64,000 nucleotides of DNA from the human T2T-CHM13v2.0 reference genome, Homo sapiens: assembly GCF_009914755.1 (NCBI RefSeq), contig NC_060929.1; one strand, given 5' to 3'. Below the pieces are notes generated by a model. The model did no database searches and was not told where the DNA came from. It saw only the letters and a list, made by a program, of their open reading frames with translations. The translations under genes and the position numbers were made by a program. Position 1 is the first letter of the stretch. Every line of letters begins with the position of its first letter. This document shows, piece by piece, positions 40,648 to 56,151 of the stretch.

Positions 40648-40807
40648 CAAAATAGGTATTTCTAATTCGTACCTACCTATTTCTACGCCTAACCCAATAT
40701 TAGAAATTACTGAGACACTAGCAATGGATAGAAAAGAAGAAAAAAATGAAATCAACGGTGAAAAAAAAAAGCTTAGTACCTTTGCAGAAGTTGAAAATAT
40801 GCCGTTA

Positions 40808-41113
<306 letters not shown>

Positions 41114-41277
41114 GGTGGTGTTCTAGCCTTCATTTAATGATGTTAGAGTCTTTGATAATTGTGGTAGATCTTTATGGTAGATCTATTTAGCATATGATTT
41201 TAAGTGTTAGTTGGGCCTTTTCTTTTTGTAATCTATTGCTGTTCACCTTTTCTATTCTCATGTAATAAGAATAATGT

Positions 41278-41588
<311 letters not shown>

Positions 41589-41598
41589 GAATAATGTT

Positions 41599-41938
<340 letters not shown>

Positions 41939-41974
41939 TCACAAAAGGAACTTTAAACAAATTAATCAATCAGT

Positions 41975-42104
41975 TAATTTATTACATAGAGATGTGGTCT
42001 TACTGTGTTCCCCAGACTGGTCTGGAACCCCTGGGCTCAAGCAATCCTCCTGCTTTGGCCTCTCAGAGTGCTGGCGTTACAGGCATGAGCTACTTCGCTC
42101 AGCC
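41975..42104 (-). mobile_element. FLAM monomer
   Basis: Left-monomer consensus. Confidence 0.75.
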
Positions 42105-42325
42105 TGTAATCTGTTTCTGGATGCTTATGTATTTTCTGTGGTTTGAATTTTGAATATAATGTTTCATATGATTTTGAAGAAGTTTTCTGGGATTATAGGT
42201 GGAGCCACCATGCCCAGCCACAAAAGGCACTTGAAAAAATTATAAACCTAAATTCTTTGTGGTTATATCTCTTTGCTAGGCATGAAGTAGGAGAATTAAC
42301 CAAGATGTATTAATCTTCCTTTTAG

Positions 42326-42479
42326 GCAAGGAAATAACAATCAAAATAAACCAGGGTTCTTACGAAAGAATCAGTATACAAACACCAAATTAGAAGTCAA
42401 GAAAATCCCTCAGGAATTGAACAACATTACCAAGCTCAATGAACACTTCAGCAAATTTGGAACTATTGTTAATATCCAG
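42326..42479 (+). CDS. RBM27: RBM27 exon 12 (154 nt), first half of RRM1
   Basis: ttttag|G CAA GGA ... ATC CAG|gtaaat; TKLEVKKIPQELNNITKLNEHFSKFGTIVNIQ. Confidence 0.95.
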
Positions 42480-42713
42480 GTAAATGTGGCTATGTCAGTG
42501 ACAGAATCCAGGCATTTTATGGGTCTTGGGAATATTTCTATCAGCTCACCTTGTTTAAATGAGTCAGTGGTTATTCTGATCATCTCTGCTAAGTGCTGTA
42601 AATGCCACCATATATCTATATACCCACTTTTATGATGGACTTGTTAAACCATGTTTGTTCTTGTGAATTCATTTGGTTCTTTTCTGCAATCTCTTCCTGA
42701 AAGAGAATGGGTA

Positions 42714-43025
42714 GCCTCACAGTTTTGGAGACTGAGAAGTCCAAGATCAAGGTGCTGGATGATTCATTTCCTAGGGAGTGCTGTCTTCCTCGCTTGCAGA
42801 TGGTTGGCTTCTTGTGTTCTCACATGGCAGACAGAGAAAGAGAAAGAGGGGGTCAGGGCAGATCTCTTTCTCTTCTTTTAAGGCCACCGATACTATTCAT
42901 TAGGATGCACCTTTGTGACCTCATTTAACCTTAATTACATCCTAAAAGCTCTATCTCTAAAACAGTAATGTTGGAGTTTAGGGCTTTAACATGTGTATTT
43001 TGGGGAAAACATTCATTACATAGCA
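42714..43025. mobile_element. MLT1A-like (ERVL-MaLR) LTR fragment in the intron splitting RRM1
   Basis: ctcacagttttggagactgagaagtccaagatcaaggtgctgg...tgacctcatttaaccttaattac. Confidence 0.75.
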
Positions 43026-43090
43026 GTGGGTCATAATTTATTTAACTATTTTCTGTTTTTGGGAATTTATATTGTTTTATTTTCTTCAAG

Positions 43091-43387
43091 GTTGCTTTTA
43101 AGGGTGACCCAGAAGCAGCCCTAATCCAATATCTTACCAATGAGGAGGCCAGGAAAGCCATTTCTAGCACAGAAGCAGTTCTAAACAACCGATTCATTCG
43201 AGTCTTGTGGCATAGGGAAAATAATGAGCAACCGACACTACAGTCCTCAGCACAGCTGCTCCTGCAACAACAGCAAACACTTAGTCACCTCTCACAGCAG
43301 CACCATCACCTGCCACAGCATCTACATCAGCAGCAGGTGCTAGTGGCCCAGTCTGCTCCTTCAACAGTGCACGGAGGTATCCAGAAG
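43091..43387 (+). CDS. RBM27: RBM27 exon 13 (297 nt), second half of RRM1 and Q/H-rich segment
   Basis: ttcaag|GTT GCT TTT ... ATC CAG AAG|gtaatc; VAFKGDPEAALIQYLTNEEARKAISSTEAVLNNRFIRVLW. Confidence 0.95.
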
Positions 43388-43437
43388 GTAATCTGGTTCA
43401 CTGGGAATTAAAGGTCTTTTAGTTACACCCTCTAGAT

Positions 43438-43840
43438 CAGTATTTTTCAATTCCTGGTCCTTGGGTCTTCTACAGAAGAGCTACTCTTAATTTGAACTGC
43501 AGACCAGTAGCATCTGATCTCCTGGGATCTTATAGAAATGCAGATTCTTGGGGGAAAAATTTCAGATTCTTGAGCCATACTCCATCCTACTGAATCAGAA
43601 TCCCTATGGGTGGGGCCCAAGGATTTGTGTTTTAACAAGCTCTCCTGGTGATTCTTACATACCTTAAAGTTTGAGACCTGCTATTTTACATCAGAATCAC
43701 TTACCTGGGTGCAAATTTCTGGGCTTCAGCTTCTCAAACCTCTGTAGAGTCAGTCTCTAGATACAGGGCCTATAAATATACATATTTAACAAGTACTCTT
43801 AAGTTATTGTTATGCACCCTAAAGTATAATAACCATCTAC
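43438..43840. mobile_element. MER5A/MER5B (hAT-Charlie) fragments
   Basis: tagaaatgcagattcttggg...cctactgaatcagaatccct...tttaacaagctctcctggtgattct. Confidence 0.75.
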
Positions 43841-44454
43841 CACAGAGCAACTTTAACTGTAGAGCTATTTATTTTGTTTTAGAATCAGTCTTTTTTGTGT
43901 CTACCCATTTGCCCTCCTTTTTCCCATGTAAAAAAGTTATATGTTCCTTCTAAAAATGGGAATAGAAGCTCCAAGAGAATTGGAATTTTGCCTGTTGTGT
44001 CCATTCTATCCCTAGTGCCTAAAACAACGTCTGGTACATATTGCTCAAAGCATATTTGATTGAATAGATGAAGGAAGGAAAAAACAAAACAACAAACTAC
44101 CACACATCAGAGCCATTCAGAGATTGACCTAGATAATCTCATGCTTAGATTAAATACAGTCAGATTTTTAAAAAGTATTCCTTACAGTACATGGCATCAA
44201 CTCCATTTATCATCCTGCTCATTTGCATCTAAATTCTCTTTCAGTTATGTTTGTATCCCACTTCATGTAAGGGTGCAAAGGTGAATGCTTCCCCTAGATG
44301 TTGGGTGAATAGTGTAGAAAAGAGTTCATACTATCACCTTCATGGTGATGATTAAACATGTTCTGTTAGTACAGCCCAAGATTGCATTATGTTTTTGAGG
44401 TGATCATTTCACAATTATTCATATTAAGCCACTGTCAGTTAAGACCCCCTAATT

Positions 44455-44819
<365 letters not shown>

Positions 44820-45074
44820 TAATTAATGGTTTTTTTGTGTGTAGGTGCATGTATATTTTGTTGTGATATGTTTTAGACATCCCAAAAAGTATGAATAATC
44901 TATCATTTGTATATTCACCAGTTCCCCTTAAAAAATAAAACCTTACGGATAATTGAAGCACCTTCCCGTTCCCATTTTCTTATCTTCTTCCCTAGAGTAA
45001 TCATCTTAAATTTGTACCATTTCTAGGCATGTTTTTAAACTTCTGCCACATAAGTGTTCATTTTGTATATGCAG

Positions 45075-45215
45075 ATGATGAGCAAACCACAGACATCAGG
45101 TGCATATGTTCTTAACAAAGTTCCTGTTAAACATCGTCTTGGACATGCAGGTGGTAACCAGAGTGATGCATCACATTTGTTGAATCAGTCTGGTGGTGCT
45201 GGAGAAGATTGCCAG
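45075..45215 (+). CDS. RBM27: RBM27 exon 14 (141 nt)
   Basis: atgcag|ATG ATG AGC ... TGC CAG|gtatgc; includes KVPVKHRLG. Confidence 0.93.
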
Positions 45216-45406
45216 GTATGCATTTTTGGGAGCTTCAGATATATTTAGAATCATTCAGTGAATTAACAGAATAAATCAGTTATCATTCAGACAGTGAAGA
45301 CAGTTGTGACAGTTAACCTAAGTGTGGCAGGTATACCTCTCTAGTTTCCATGTTTCAGTCAGAAATTTGCTGGTGAAATTTTTTTCCTATTCAAAATTAA
45401 GTAGGA

Positions 45407-45720
45407 GGCTGGGCGTGGTGGCTCACACCTGTAATCCCAGCACTTTGGGAAGCCTGGGTGAGTGGATCACCTGAGGTCAGGAGTTTGAGACCAGCCTGGC
45501 CAAAATGGCGAAACCCCCTCTCTACTAAAAATACAAAAAAATTAGCTGGGCGTGGTGGCAGACACCTGTAATCCCAGCTACCCGGGAGGCTGAGGCACGA
45601 GAATCACTTGAACCCGAAGGAGGAGGTTGCAGTGAGCCAAGGTCGTACCATTGCACTGCAGCCTGGGTGACAGAGCAAGACCCTGTGTCAAAAAAAAAAA
45701 AACACAAAAAACAAAAACCA
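45407..45720 (+). mobile_element. Alu (S type)
   Basis: TSD ttaagtagga. Confidence 0.9.
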
Positions 45721-45749
45721 AGTTAAGTAGGAATTTGAGAATTTTAGAT

Positions 45750-46052
45750 ATTTATTTGTTTGTTTGTTTGTTTGTTTGTTTTTTGAGACAGAGTTTTGCT
45801 CTTGTTGCCCAGGCTGGAGTGCAATGGCACAATCTCGGCTCACCGCAACCTCCACCTCCTGGGTTCAAGCGATTCTGCTGCCTCAGCCTCCTGAGTAGCT
45901 GAGATTACAGGCATGCGCCACCATGCCCAGCTGATTTTGTATTTTTAGTGGAGATGGGGTTTCTCCATGTTGGTCAGGCTGGTCTGGAACTCCGACCTTA
46001 GGTGATCCACCCCAGAGTGCTGGACTACAGGCGTGAGCCACTGCACCCGGCT
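45750..46052 (-). mobile_element. Alu (Sp-like)
   Basis: TSD gaattttagatatttatt. Confidence 0.9.
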
Positions 46053-46269
46053 GAATTTTAGATATTTATTAATAGATAAGTGTCTTTATTAATTTCTTTA
46101 ATTTCATCTTTAAGAATTTAGTGAAGGGTATTCTGTCATAGTAAAAAACCAAACTTTGAAATATGTTTTAAGTAATTTATTTTTAGTAATATATCTATAC
46201 TATAACTCTTGAGCATGGTGATTATTACAAAGAGAGCTAAAAAAAAAAAAAAAAAAAGGGAAAGCAAAG

Positions 46270-48030
46270 AAAACTGCTATCCCAAAAATACTATGTAGCT
46301 TCTGTAACTGAAACAACCTGATAATGACTCATGAATAGACAGACTAGTGGAACAGAATAGAAAATCTAGAAATAGACTCAGTTGCAAATAGGAGTTTATT
46401 ATATAATAACAAAGTGGAACAGGTCAGTGGGGAAGTTATAGACATGTTGATAAATAGTATTGGGATGACTGGATAGCCAGTAGGGAAAAGATGAAATAAG
46501 ATCTGATCCTTTTTTTAAAAATTATATCATAAACCAGTATAAATTCCAAATGGATCTGAGATTTAGATGCTGATTGAAAGTCTAAATGATACAACCCTCA
46601 TGAAAGGAAATTTGGCAGTACAGTATCTGCAAAAATTATGCATATGCATTACTAAACTAGTTATCTTCCTTCTAAGAATCTGTGTCAAAGGTATACCAGC
46701 CAAAATATGGAAAGACATATGTGCAAGGCTAGTAATGATATACTCTTTATAATAACAAAAGACTGGAAACAACCCAAATACCCATCTGTAGGGGACTGGT
46801 TACTGCAAATGTAGTATATCTACACAGTAAATATACAACTATATAAAGAATGAAGAATATTTTTATATGTACCATGGAGTGATTATCAGAATATATTAAG
46901 TAAAAAAGCAAAATGGAAGAAAAAAATACATAGTTGACTACTGCTGGTGTGAAAAAGTAGAGGCACTGAACACAGAGAAGTATTTGCTTTTAACAGGAAA
47001 AAAACCAAAAAGATAATTCATATTATTTAAATCTTGTGGTTATGGCAAGTATAGAAGAAGCTAGATGACTTTTGATTACGTCTTGTTTTGTAGATTTAAC
47101 TTGGAACCATGTAAATAAATTCTGAAAGTAATTATAAAGTAAAATTAAATGAAATAGAAGTAATCCCTAAAAAGTGAAAAGAAAAGTGAAACACATGAAC
47201 TAGCATATCTGCATTGAGTGCTTTAAAACAGTGATTTGATGATGTATTCCTAATGTGATATACCCTGAGGACAAAAAACAATTTAAAGAAAGCTCTTTCT
47301 AATCATATTGTTGACAGTGTTGATATTCTAAAACCCATCTGTGAGCATTGTAGGGTAAATCAAATGAGGAATTACACTGATGTCCTTGACAACTCAGACT
47401 TTCAGTGTGGTTGAAAAGAGAGATAGAAGATAGATAAGACTAAGTAAATACCTGTAGTCCTGCATTTGAATAGAAACTATCCGTATTAACTCAGGTTGTA
47501 TTTTATCTTAAGCGGGAAAAAAAAGGCAACAAAATATTCCCCAAACATTTCCCAATTCTATTCACTGAAAAGGTCTAGAAATAATGACCAGCCCAGTCAT
47601 TGAGCATCCCTAGCACTCAAAGGGACCCAGGGATCCTTGAAGAAATAGCTGTCTCCAGACCTGAGACTGGCAGTACTGCAGATGAGCCTAGAATATGGTA
47701 TCAAACCAGAAACTAAGGAGGGTGTCAAAGATTACTAGAGTCCTGTCAAAGAGAAAAACAAATCTGATCAGGCCTCTAGATCTACCCACTAATTTAAAAG
47801 AAATTTGGGGGACAGAGGGACATCTTCAAGGGTACCACAGAATCCTATGGGGGAGTACTACTGGATGAGTGACCTGGTTTCTTCAACAAACAATTTGCAA
47901 TGAAAAGCAAGAGATAGAGAGGGAAACTATGAAGTAAAGGAGACTATAAAGAGATGTAACAAGTTGCACTTACATGGACTTTAATAGATCCCATTTCAAA
48001 TGGGGGGAAATTGTTTAGAATATTATAAGC
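46270..48030 (+). mobile_element. Old L1M(C-like) fragment: degenerate ORF2 3' end and 3'UTR
   Basis: gaatagacagactagtggaacagaatagaaaatctagaaatagactca...ggaaacaacccaaatacccatc are L1 ORF2-derived motifs. Confidence 0.7.
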
Positions 48031-48236
48031 TGGAACTGGAGAGGTGAATATTATGGCACATGCAGGACTTTCCTGTGTAAACTAGTTTAATTTTGATGAT
48101 AATTAAGTGTTGTGGTGATTGAGAGAAGTCTTACATTTGGATATAATATTTATGTGATTGAATTTTCCATGGATTTCTTCATATTATTTTCTATATCTCT
48201 TATATTATTCAAAGTTAATTAAGAAGTTTTTAAAAA

Positions 48237-48530
48237 GACGGGTGCAGTGGCTCACACCTCTAATCCTAGCACTTTGGGAGGCTGAGGTGGGAGGATCACT
48301 TGAGCCTAGGAGTTTGAGACCAGCCTAGGCAACATAGAGAGACCCTATCTCTACAAAAAAGAAAAGAAACCAGCTAGGCTTGCAGGCTCGCACCTATAGC
48401 CCCAGCTACTCTGGAAGCTGAGGTGGGATTGAGCCCAAGAGATTGAGGCGCAGCAAGCCGTGATTGCACCTCTGCACGCTAGCCTGGGTAGCAGAGTGAG
48501 ACCTTATCTTTAAAAAAAAAGAAGAAAGGA
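48237..48530 (+). mobile_element. AluJ
   Basis: Alu consensus. Confidence 0.88.
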
Positions 48531-48639
48531 AAACTTTAAAAAAAGAACGTAGCTTAATACTTAGAAGGATTTTTCAGTTACTGGAAACAAGAGTTTTTAT
48601 TTGGCACTTCACTTACGAAAAACAACTTGTGAAATACCC

Positions 48640-49040
48640 TCCAGCCAGATACCACCTGTAGCCAAACAAATTCAACTTATTATTCAGTGAGAGGTATACA
48701 CAATGAAACTGGATGCCAAAAGGACTTATTTTAGGATTTTGGCTAAGTTAGATGATTTAGAAGGATTTAAGGAAACAGGCATAAATTCTATGATAGGATA
48801 TCTCACTAAATCTTACCTGGAATGAGGCTAAAGCAGTAAGTGGTAAAGAAGCGGCAGTCATTACCAGGATAAACAGATGTTTAGTCATTTTATAGTTTGG
48901 ATAGCATTCATATTTTTGTCTCTGTTCAGTCATGATTAGGGATTGGTCTTGCTTTTGTCTTGATCTGTTATGGTCACAGGAGCACCTTTGTCTGATGTTG
49001 GTGTTTTGTGAAATTGTGTTTAACAGAAGGGTACTTAGGC
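48640..49040. mobile_element. Old ERVL-type LTR fragment (MER76-like)
   Basis: gtcttgcttttgtcttgatctgttatggtcacagg...ttgtctgatgttggtgttttgtgaaattg; family from memory only. Confidence 0.45.
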
Positions 49041-49230
49041 TGTTTTTATCTTTTGGGTGACAAATTTATGCATAAAGAACTAGATTTTATAATGAAATTT
49101 TTAAATGTAAAAAGAAAATTTAACTCCTAAGAAGAGTAGAAATATATGCATCTTTTCTAAAAAAGTATTCTAAGCATTTCTAAGATATAATTATATTTGT
49201 GTGTGCTTTTTTTTTTTCTTTATTTTTTAG

Positions 49231-49350
49231 ATATTTTCAACTCCAGGCCATCCAAAAATGATTTACAGCTCCTCAAACTTAAAGACACCTTCAAAGCTCT
49301 GTTCAGGGTCTAAATCTCATGATGTTCAAGAAGTGCTTAAAAAAAAACAG
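49231..49350 (+). CDS. RBM27: RBM27 exon 15 (120 nt)
   Basis: ttttag|ATA TTT TCA ... AAA CAG|gtaaca. Confidence 0.94.
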
Positions 49351-49753
49351 GTAACAGTCTTGATTCTTCTTGCCTTACAGAAGAAAAGATGCCTTGAATT
49401 TTTAAGTGGTTACATTATCACTTTTAAATCAGTTCATGTTGGCAGGGCATAACATCATAATGCTTATTTAGCTTCTTCTCTAATGTAAACTTGGAAAAAA
49501 AAGGTGGACATACAGAAAAAATGTTTCACAATTGCCATTCAGAATTTTTTTTTGATACACTATTATTCCCTCCAATTCTAGTGTTTATTTTCTTTTTTTA
49601 ATTCCTAGGTAGATAATGATTCATATAAAATATAAGACTTTTGTAATTATTATCTATATGATTCAGTTCTGAGTTTCATTGTCATCCTGTTAAGTTCACA
49701 TAGGGTTTTCCAAATTAAATAGATATTTATATGTACTATCTCAGTATAATTAG

Positions 49754-50449
<696 letters not shown>

Positions 50450-50789
50450 TCACATTTTTAAACTTTAAACTTAAAAAATAAGGATTTAGCTATTACATTG
50501 GCAAGTGAAAACAACTTTGGTTTTTCTTCATAAGGACATTCAGGTCATTCAAGTCAATAAATCTCATAGATATAGCTAATTAGGTCCAATATTTTAAATA
50601 TTTTTTAAGTACAGTTGTAAACTCTATTATGCTGAAAGTGTTAGGGAAAATATATTCAAAGGTTTCATCTATGGTGTCAGCTATTTTTTTATTAGGAGGA
50701 CAGTCTGTCTCAGGGATGACCCAGAAAAAATGAGTTGAGAATGGTGGCAAATTACATTATCTGTATTAATTTCTTTTTTACTTATACAG

Positions 50790-50864
50790 GAAGCAATGAA
50801 GTTACAACAAGATATGAGGAAAAAAAGACAGGAAGTGTTAGAAAAGCAAATAGAATGCCAAAAG
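50790..50864 (+). CDS. RBM27: RBM27 exon 16 (75 nt), coiled coil
   Basis: atacag|GAA GCA ATG ... CAA AAG|gtaaga; EAMKLQQDMRKKRQEVLEKQIECQK. Confidence 0.94.
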
Positions 50865-51002
50865 GTAAGACAAGAGCTCATTATTTGCATGCTAGAATTG
50901 ATGTATAGAATTGATTTTAAAAGTATTATTCATAATTTTTAAAGACTTCTTTATATTAAAGTTTATTAAGCATGGTTTTACCTTTTTCTATTTATTTCGT
51001 AG

Positions 51003-51167
51003 ATGTTAATATCCAAGTTAGAAAAAAACAAAAACATGAAACCAGAAGAAAGAGCAAATATAATGAAGACTTTGAAAGAGCTTGGAGAGAAGATCTCACA
51101 ATTAAAAGATGAATTAAAAACATCTTCTGCAGTCTCCACACCATCTAAAGTGAAGACAAAAACGGAG
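51003..51167 (+). CDS. RBM27: RBM27 exon 17 (165 nt), coiled coil
   Basis: tcgtag|ATG TTA ATA ... ACG GAG|gtatct; MLISKLEKNKNMKPEERANIMKTLKEL. Confidence 0.94.
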
Positions 51168-51324
51168 GTATCTATTTGCATTTTTTATTTAACATAGGGT
51201 TATTGAACATCTGCCATGTGCTTGACACCTTGAAAGTACAATGGGACCCTTAGGTAGCTAATATCCTAACAGGGATATAGGCAAACAATTATAGTACTTA
51301 AAAAAAAAATCCTAATTATAGTAC

Positions 51325-51455
51325 CTTTTTTTTTTTTTTTTTTTTTTTTAAGAGACAAGGTCTCACTATATTGCCCAGGTTGGCCTCAAATGCAGTCCTC
51401 CCACCTTGGCCTCCCAGAGTGCTGGGATTACAGGTGTGAACCACTGCACCCGGCT
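51325..51455 (-). mobile_element. FLAM monomer
   Basis: Left-monomer consensus. Confidence 0.8.
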
Positions 51456-52536
51456 GCCACAATTTTTTTGTTTTAGTGTTTCTGTAGATGCTCTGTACCC
51501 TTTTTGGGAAGAGGTTGATAATACCCTGTTTGAACAAAGATGTGTTTTTTAACTGAATATTTTGGTTCTCTGCTGAAGATGACACTATTAAAGTGATGGT
51601 GGTGAAAGAGGTATTTCCCATTTCAGCAGTGTTTTTCTAATGCTGTAATAGTATTGTAATAAAACCATCCTTTAAAAAAAGAAGCCTGGCCTATTCATAT
51701 GGGTAAAAATGTGGCATGTTATTAAAAAGAATAATCAGAAGTTTTAGATCTATTTAAGTCTAATTTTTATTAATTTCCATGTGTTTCCTTGCTGTACTTG
51801 GTTTAGTCAGTGGTTCCATTACACCACAGTTCTGTGGTGTGATTATAGATAATTCTAGTCCTTTGAGAACTGGTAATGAATTTGTCAGATATGTAGAATG
51901 TAAATTGTTATATGTAGTATTACATTAAATTTGAAATTATGGTTCTCTATCAGTATAGAAACATAAAGTGTTTAAGATTTCTTCTTAAAGATATAATAAA
52001 AATGTTTTTTATTGAAATCTTTTCTAATTATAGAAAGAATATATATGCACATTTTAAAAATTAAAGAGGTGAAAAAATCATTGGCAGTCATGTCTTTTAA
52101 AGACTGATAAATAATTCGTCTCTAACAAAAAAGAGAATGTCAACAGTTGTGGATTCCAATCTGGTAGTAATTATGTAGCTGTTACTTTGTACTATAAATA
52201 CATTTTTACTATATAATTTATTTTGCTCCATTGTGTTTCATTTGTGATACTTTATTATGTGACAGTTATTCTCAGCTCCCTCATCTCAGGTGTCTGTTCC
52301 TAGGATGTAATTTTTAAGCCGTCTAATGCTTACTCTTTTTCACTGATATCTATATACTTTTTACATGTTGGCACTACTATATCTGTAAAGTTACTTTTTT
52401 AAAAACACCCATGTTTATTGCATCCTCTCATTCTCATGTTCCAAAATACATGTGTGTCATTGTGTAACTATCATGTTCTGGAGGAGATCTTGTAAGTTAT
52501 CTAAAAAATACCTTTTTATTTTCAATTTTTCCAAAG

Positions 52537-52641
52537 GCCCAGAAGGAGTTATTAGATACTGAACTGGACCTCCACAAGAGGCTGTCCTCAGGAGAAGACA
52601 CCACAGAATTACGGAAAAAACTCAGTCAGTTACAGGTTGAG
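52537..52641 (+). CDS. RBM27: RBM27 exon 18 (105 nt)
   Basis: ccaaag|GCC CAG AAG ... GTT GAG|gtgaga; AQKELLDTELDLHKRLSSGEDTTELRKKLSQLQVE. Confidence 0.92.
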
Positions 52642-52661
52642 GTGAGATTTAAAAGGAGTTA

Positions 52662-52998
<337 letters not shown>

Positions 52999-53065
52999 GT
53001 TTTCCTTTGTTTTTAAGGTTTAGTCTAATAATGTATGCTACATTCTACTTTTTGTTGTTATTCAG

Positions 53066-53257
53066 GCTGCACGGTTAGGTATTTTACCTGTGGGTCGAGG
53101 AAAGACCATGTCCTCTCAAGGTCGAGGAAGAGGCCGAGGGCGTGGAGGAAGAGGAAGGGGCTCACTAAATCACATGGTGGTGGACCATCGTCCCAAAGCA
53201 CTAACAGTTGGAGGATTCATTGAGGAAGAAAAAGAAGACTTGCTTCAGCATTTCTCA
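53066..53257 (+). CDS. RBM27: RBM27 exon 19 (192 nt), RG box and N-terminal part of a second RRM
   Basis: attcag|GCT GCA CGG ... TTC TCA|gtaagt; GRGRGRGRGGRGRG then VDHRPKALTVGGFIEEEKEDLLQHFS. Confidence 0.95.
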
Positions 53258-54018
53258 GTAAGTTTTTAAAATAGCAAATGCTAACTGTAAAAACACTGTG
53301 CTCATCATTTTCCTTGCTGCAGTGTCTATAAATGTCAGATGTTTTATAGATTAGAAAAATTAGTTGTAAAAAACATGAGTACTACCAAATGCCTATTTAA
53401 TATATTTAAAAGTCAAGAAGCAGCTCTTGCTTTTGATTCCATAATACTCCACTTAAGTGCATTTGTAGTGACAAGTTGTTCCAGAGCTATATTTAATTTT
53501 TGTTTTAGGATTATTACATGGCTTACCAGGCATTTATAGTTAATAGTGAAACAGTCTGGGATGGAAGCAAAATTCAAATAAAGAATTTATTAGGATAACA
53601 GGTATATTTAGTTACATTCTGTATATAGTGGCAACCACTTACTTTTAGGCAAACATGCAAATAGAGATTTGCTACAGGCAAATGTCTTTACTGTTTTGGA
53701 CATATGCAGTATATACTCTTTCCAGCCACTCATTCATTCAGTAAATATTTTATTGACATTATTTGTGCTAGAACATTTTCATACATGATCTCATTTAATT
53801 TTAAATGACTGTATAAATGTGAAATACATGCAAACTGTATATACATGCAAAACTGTGTACATGTGAAATCCTGTGTGTACAGATGTGAACACCACAAGTT
53901 AAAATGTCAACCACAATCATATAATTAATAAGTAGTGGAACCAAGATAACCAGGTTCCCTATTCCTCAAACAACTCTTTTGAGAGGAAGTATTTTCAGCC
54001 CTATTAAGTTTTAAAGAT

Positions 54019-54364
<346 letters not shown>

Positions 54365-55549
54365 TCAAGTGTTTTTATTAGTTTGATGCCCATTAACCCT
54401 GTTTCACCCTGATTCTTGGGGAAGATAGGCCAAGAAAAGTGTCCAGATTTGAATGTCCTCTGGGTTGTGAATGGTTCACTCTTGACCCAGTTCTTTCCCT
54501 GATGTAACCCTTATTTGCCTTTTTTGTAAAGTGGGAGAATAGCTCTAAGTGACTTCTTGAGGAGTAAAGAAGATGGAGGAACACTATACAAGTGCAGTGT
54601 ATTGTGAAGGCCGCACGAATGTTGATTTTTGCCTTTTAAGGTTTAGTATATAAAATTAAAATCTCTTTGCCAAATAAATTGGTCTTGTAGAACCAGTACC
54701 AGTTCTGGTGAGGTGATATTGGATTATGTGAAGCAGAATTTCTACAAATTTGACTCATTGCAGAAAGTTTCAGTTACAAAAAATAGTTAATCTTACTAGG
54801 GAGACAGCTACATGTTCTATCCTGTGGTCACTGGAGACTATATGTAGATGTTTAAATTTTAACCCAGAAGCCATGCTCAAATGGATCTCCTTCCTTCTGA
54901 AAAGTAGAACCATTCTAAAGCATCTAAAAATAACCAATTTTTATGTACATATACCTGACAAGTCTGCAGTGTGGCATTCAGTTGGCAGATGTGGTTATGT
55001 CTAGACACTTAGAAAAGAGCAAGCAAAGCTAAGGCAGATGAGGTAACTTCAAGAACAAAACACTTCCTTTGATTTGGATGGCTCTTTTTTTTTCTTTTTT
55101 GATAGCATACTATCAGAAAGGGTCTTGAGTACTAGGAGCACACTTCCCTGATAATAACTACCTGGGCAATATAGTATGCTTTCTTTGAAAGAAATACAGA
55201 AATACATATTCTTAGGCATTATTGCGAATAGAGTTAGCAAACATAAAAGGAAACTCTTCTTCAAGGTCTTTTGTATCTCACAGAGGCCAAGGTAAAATCT
55301 ATATTTTCAGTATTCTTCTATTCTTAATGATTATGAAAGGATCATGGGTGAGCCATATCTATATGAGAAAATGATGGATGGATTTTAATGAAGCTATTTG
55401 GAATCTAATTCTGGAGTCCTTCAGAGTTTGCTCTTCAATAGTCTAAGAACTTATCATAAGTGGATTATGGTCGTATGCAAATGGCAGCTATAAGTATGCT
55501 CATTATAGTGCATGTAATAGTGAAAAATGATAACCATGTAAATGTTTGA

Positions 55550-55750
<201 letters not shown>

Positions 55751-55805
55751 GTTAGTAGTATTAGCATTTCTCTATTTTCCATACTTCCTGAGGAACACAT
55801 ACTCC

Positions 55806-56151
55806 TTTTTTTTTTTAATAGGTGGTTATCTTTTTTTTGTTTTTTGTTTTCTGTTTTTTGTGACAGTCTCCATCTGTCACCCAGGCTGGAGTGTAGTGGC
55901 ATGATCTTAGCTCACTACAACCTCTGCCTCCTGGGTTCAAGCGATTCTCGTGCCTCAGCCTCCTGAGTAGCTGAGACTACAGGCACGCACGACCACACCC
56001 AGCTAATTTTTCTGTATTTTTTACTAGAGATGGGGTTTTGCCATGTTGGCCAGGCTGGTCTCAAACTCCTGGCCTCCAGTGATAACTGCCCGCCGGCCGC
56101 GTTGGCCTCCCAAAGTGCTGGGATTACAGGCATGAGCCACCGTGCCCGGCC
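55806..56151 (-). mobile_element. Alu with a 14-nt unique segment inside its A-tail
   Basis: TSD acacatact(c/a)ctttt. Confidence 0.88.

Noticed and set aside
46270-48030. L1 ORF2-like sequence as a possible active or domesticated gene
   Set aside because: Heavily degenerate with stops and deletions; an ordinary old L1 fragment.
53118-53161. G-rich tract as a G-quadruplex
   Set aside because: Explained by Gly/Arg codons of the RG box; mostly GG runs, so only weak two-tier potential.
53815-53890. Short imperfect repeats (tacatgcaaactgt...)
   Set aside because: Local slippage-type low-complexity sequence with no regular spacer structure.
54500-54630. Purine-rich stretch after a pyrimidine tract in intron 19, considered as the lost RRM2 exon
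   Set aside because: It shows no resemblance to the expected RRM2 residues in the frame I read; 57207-57284 fits far better.
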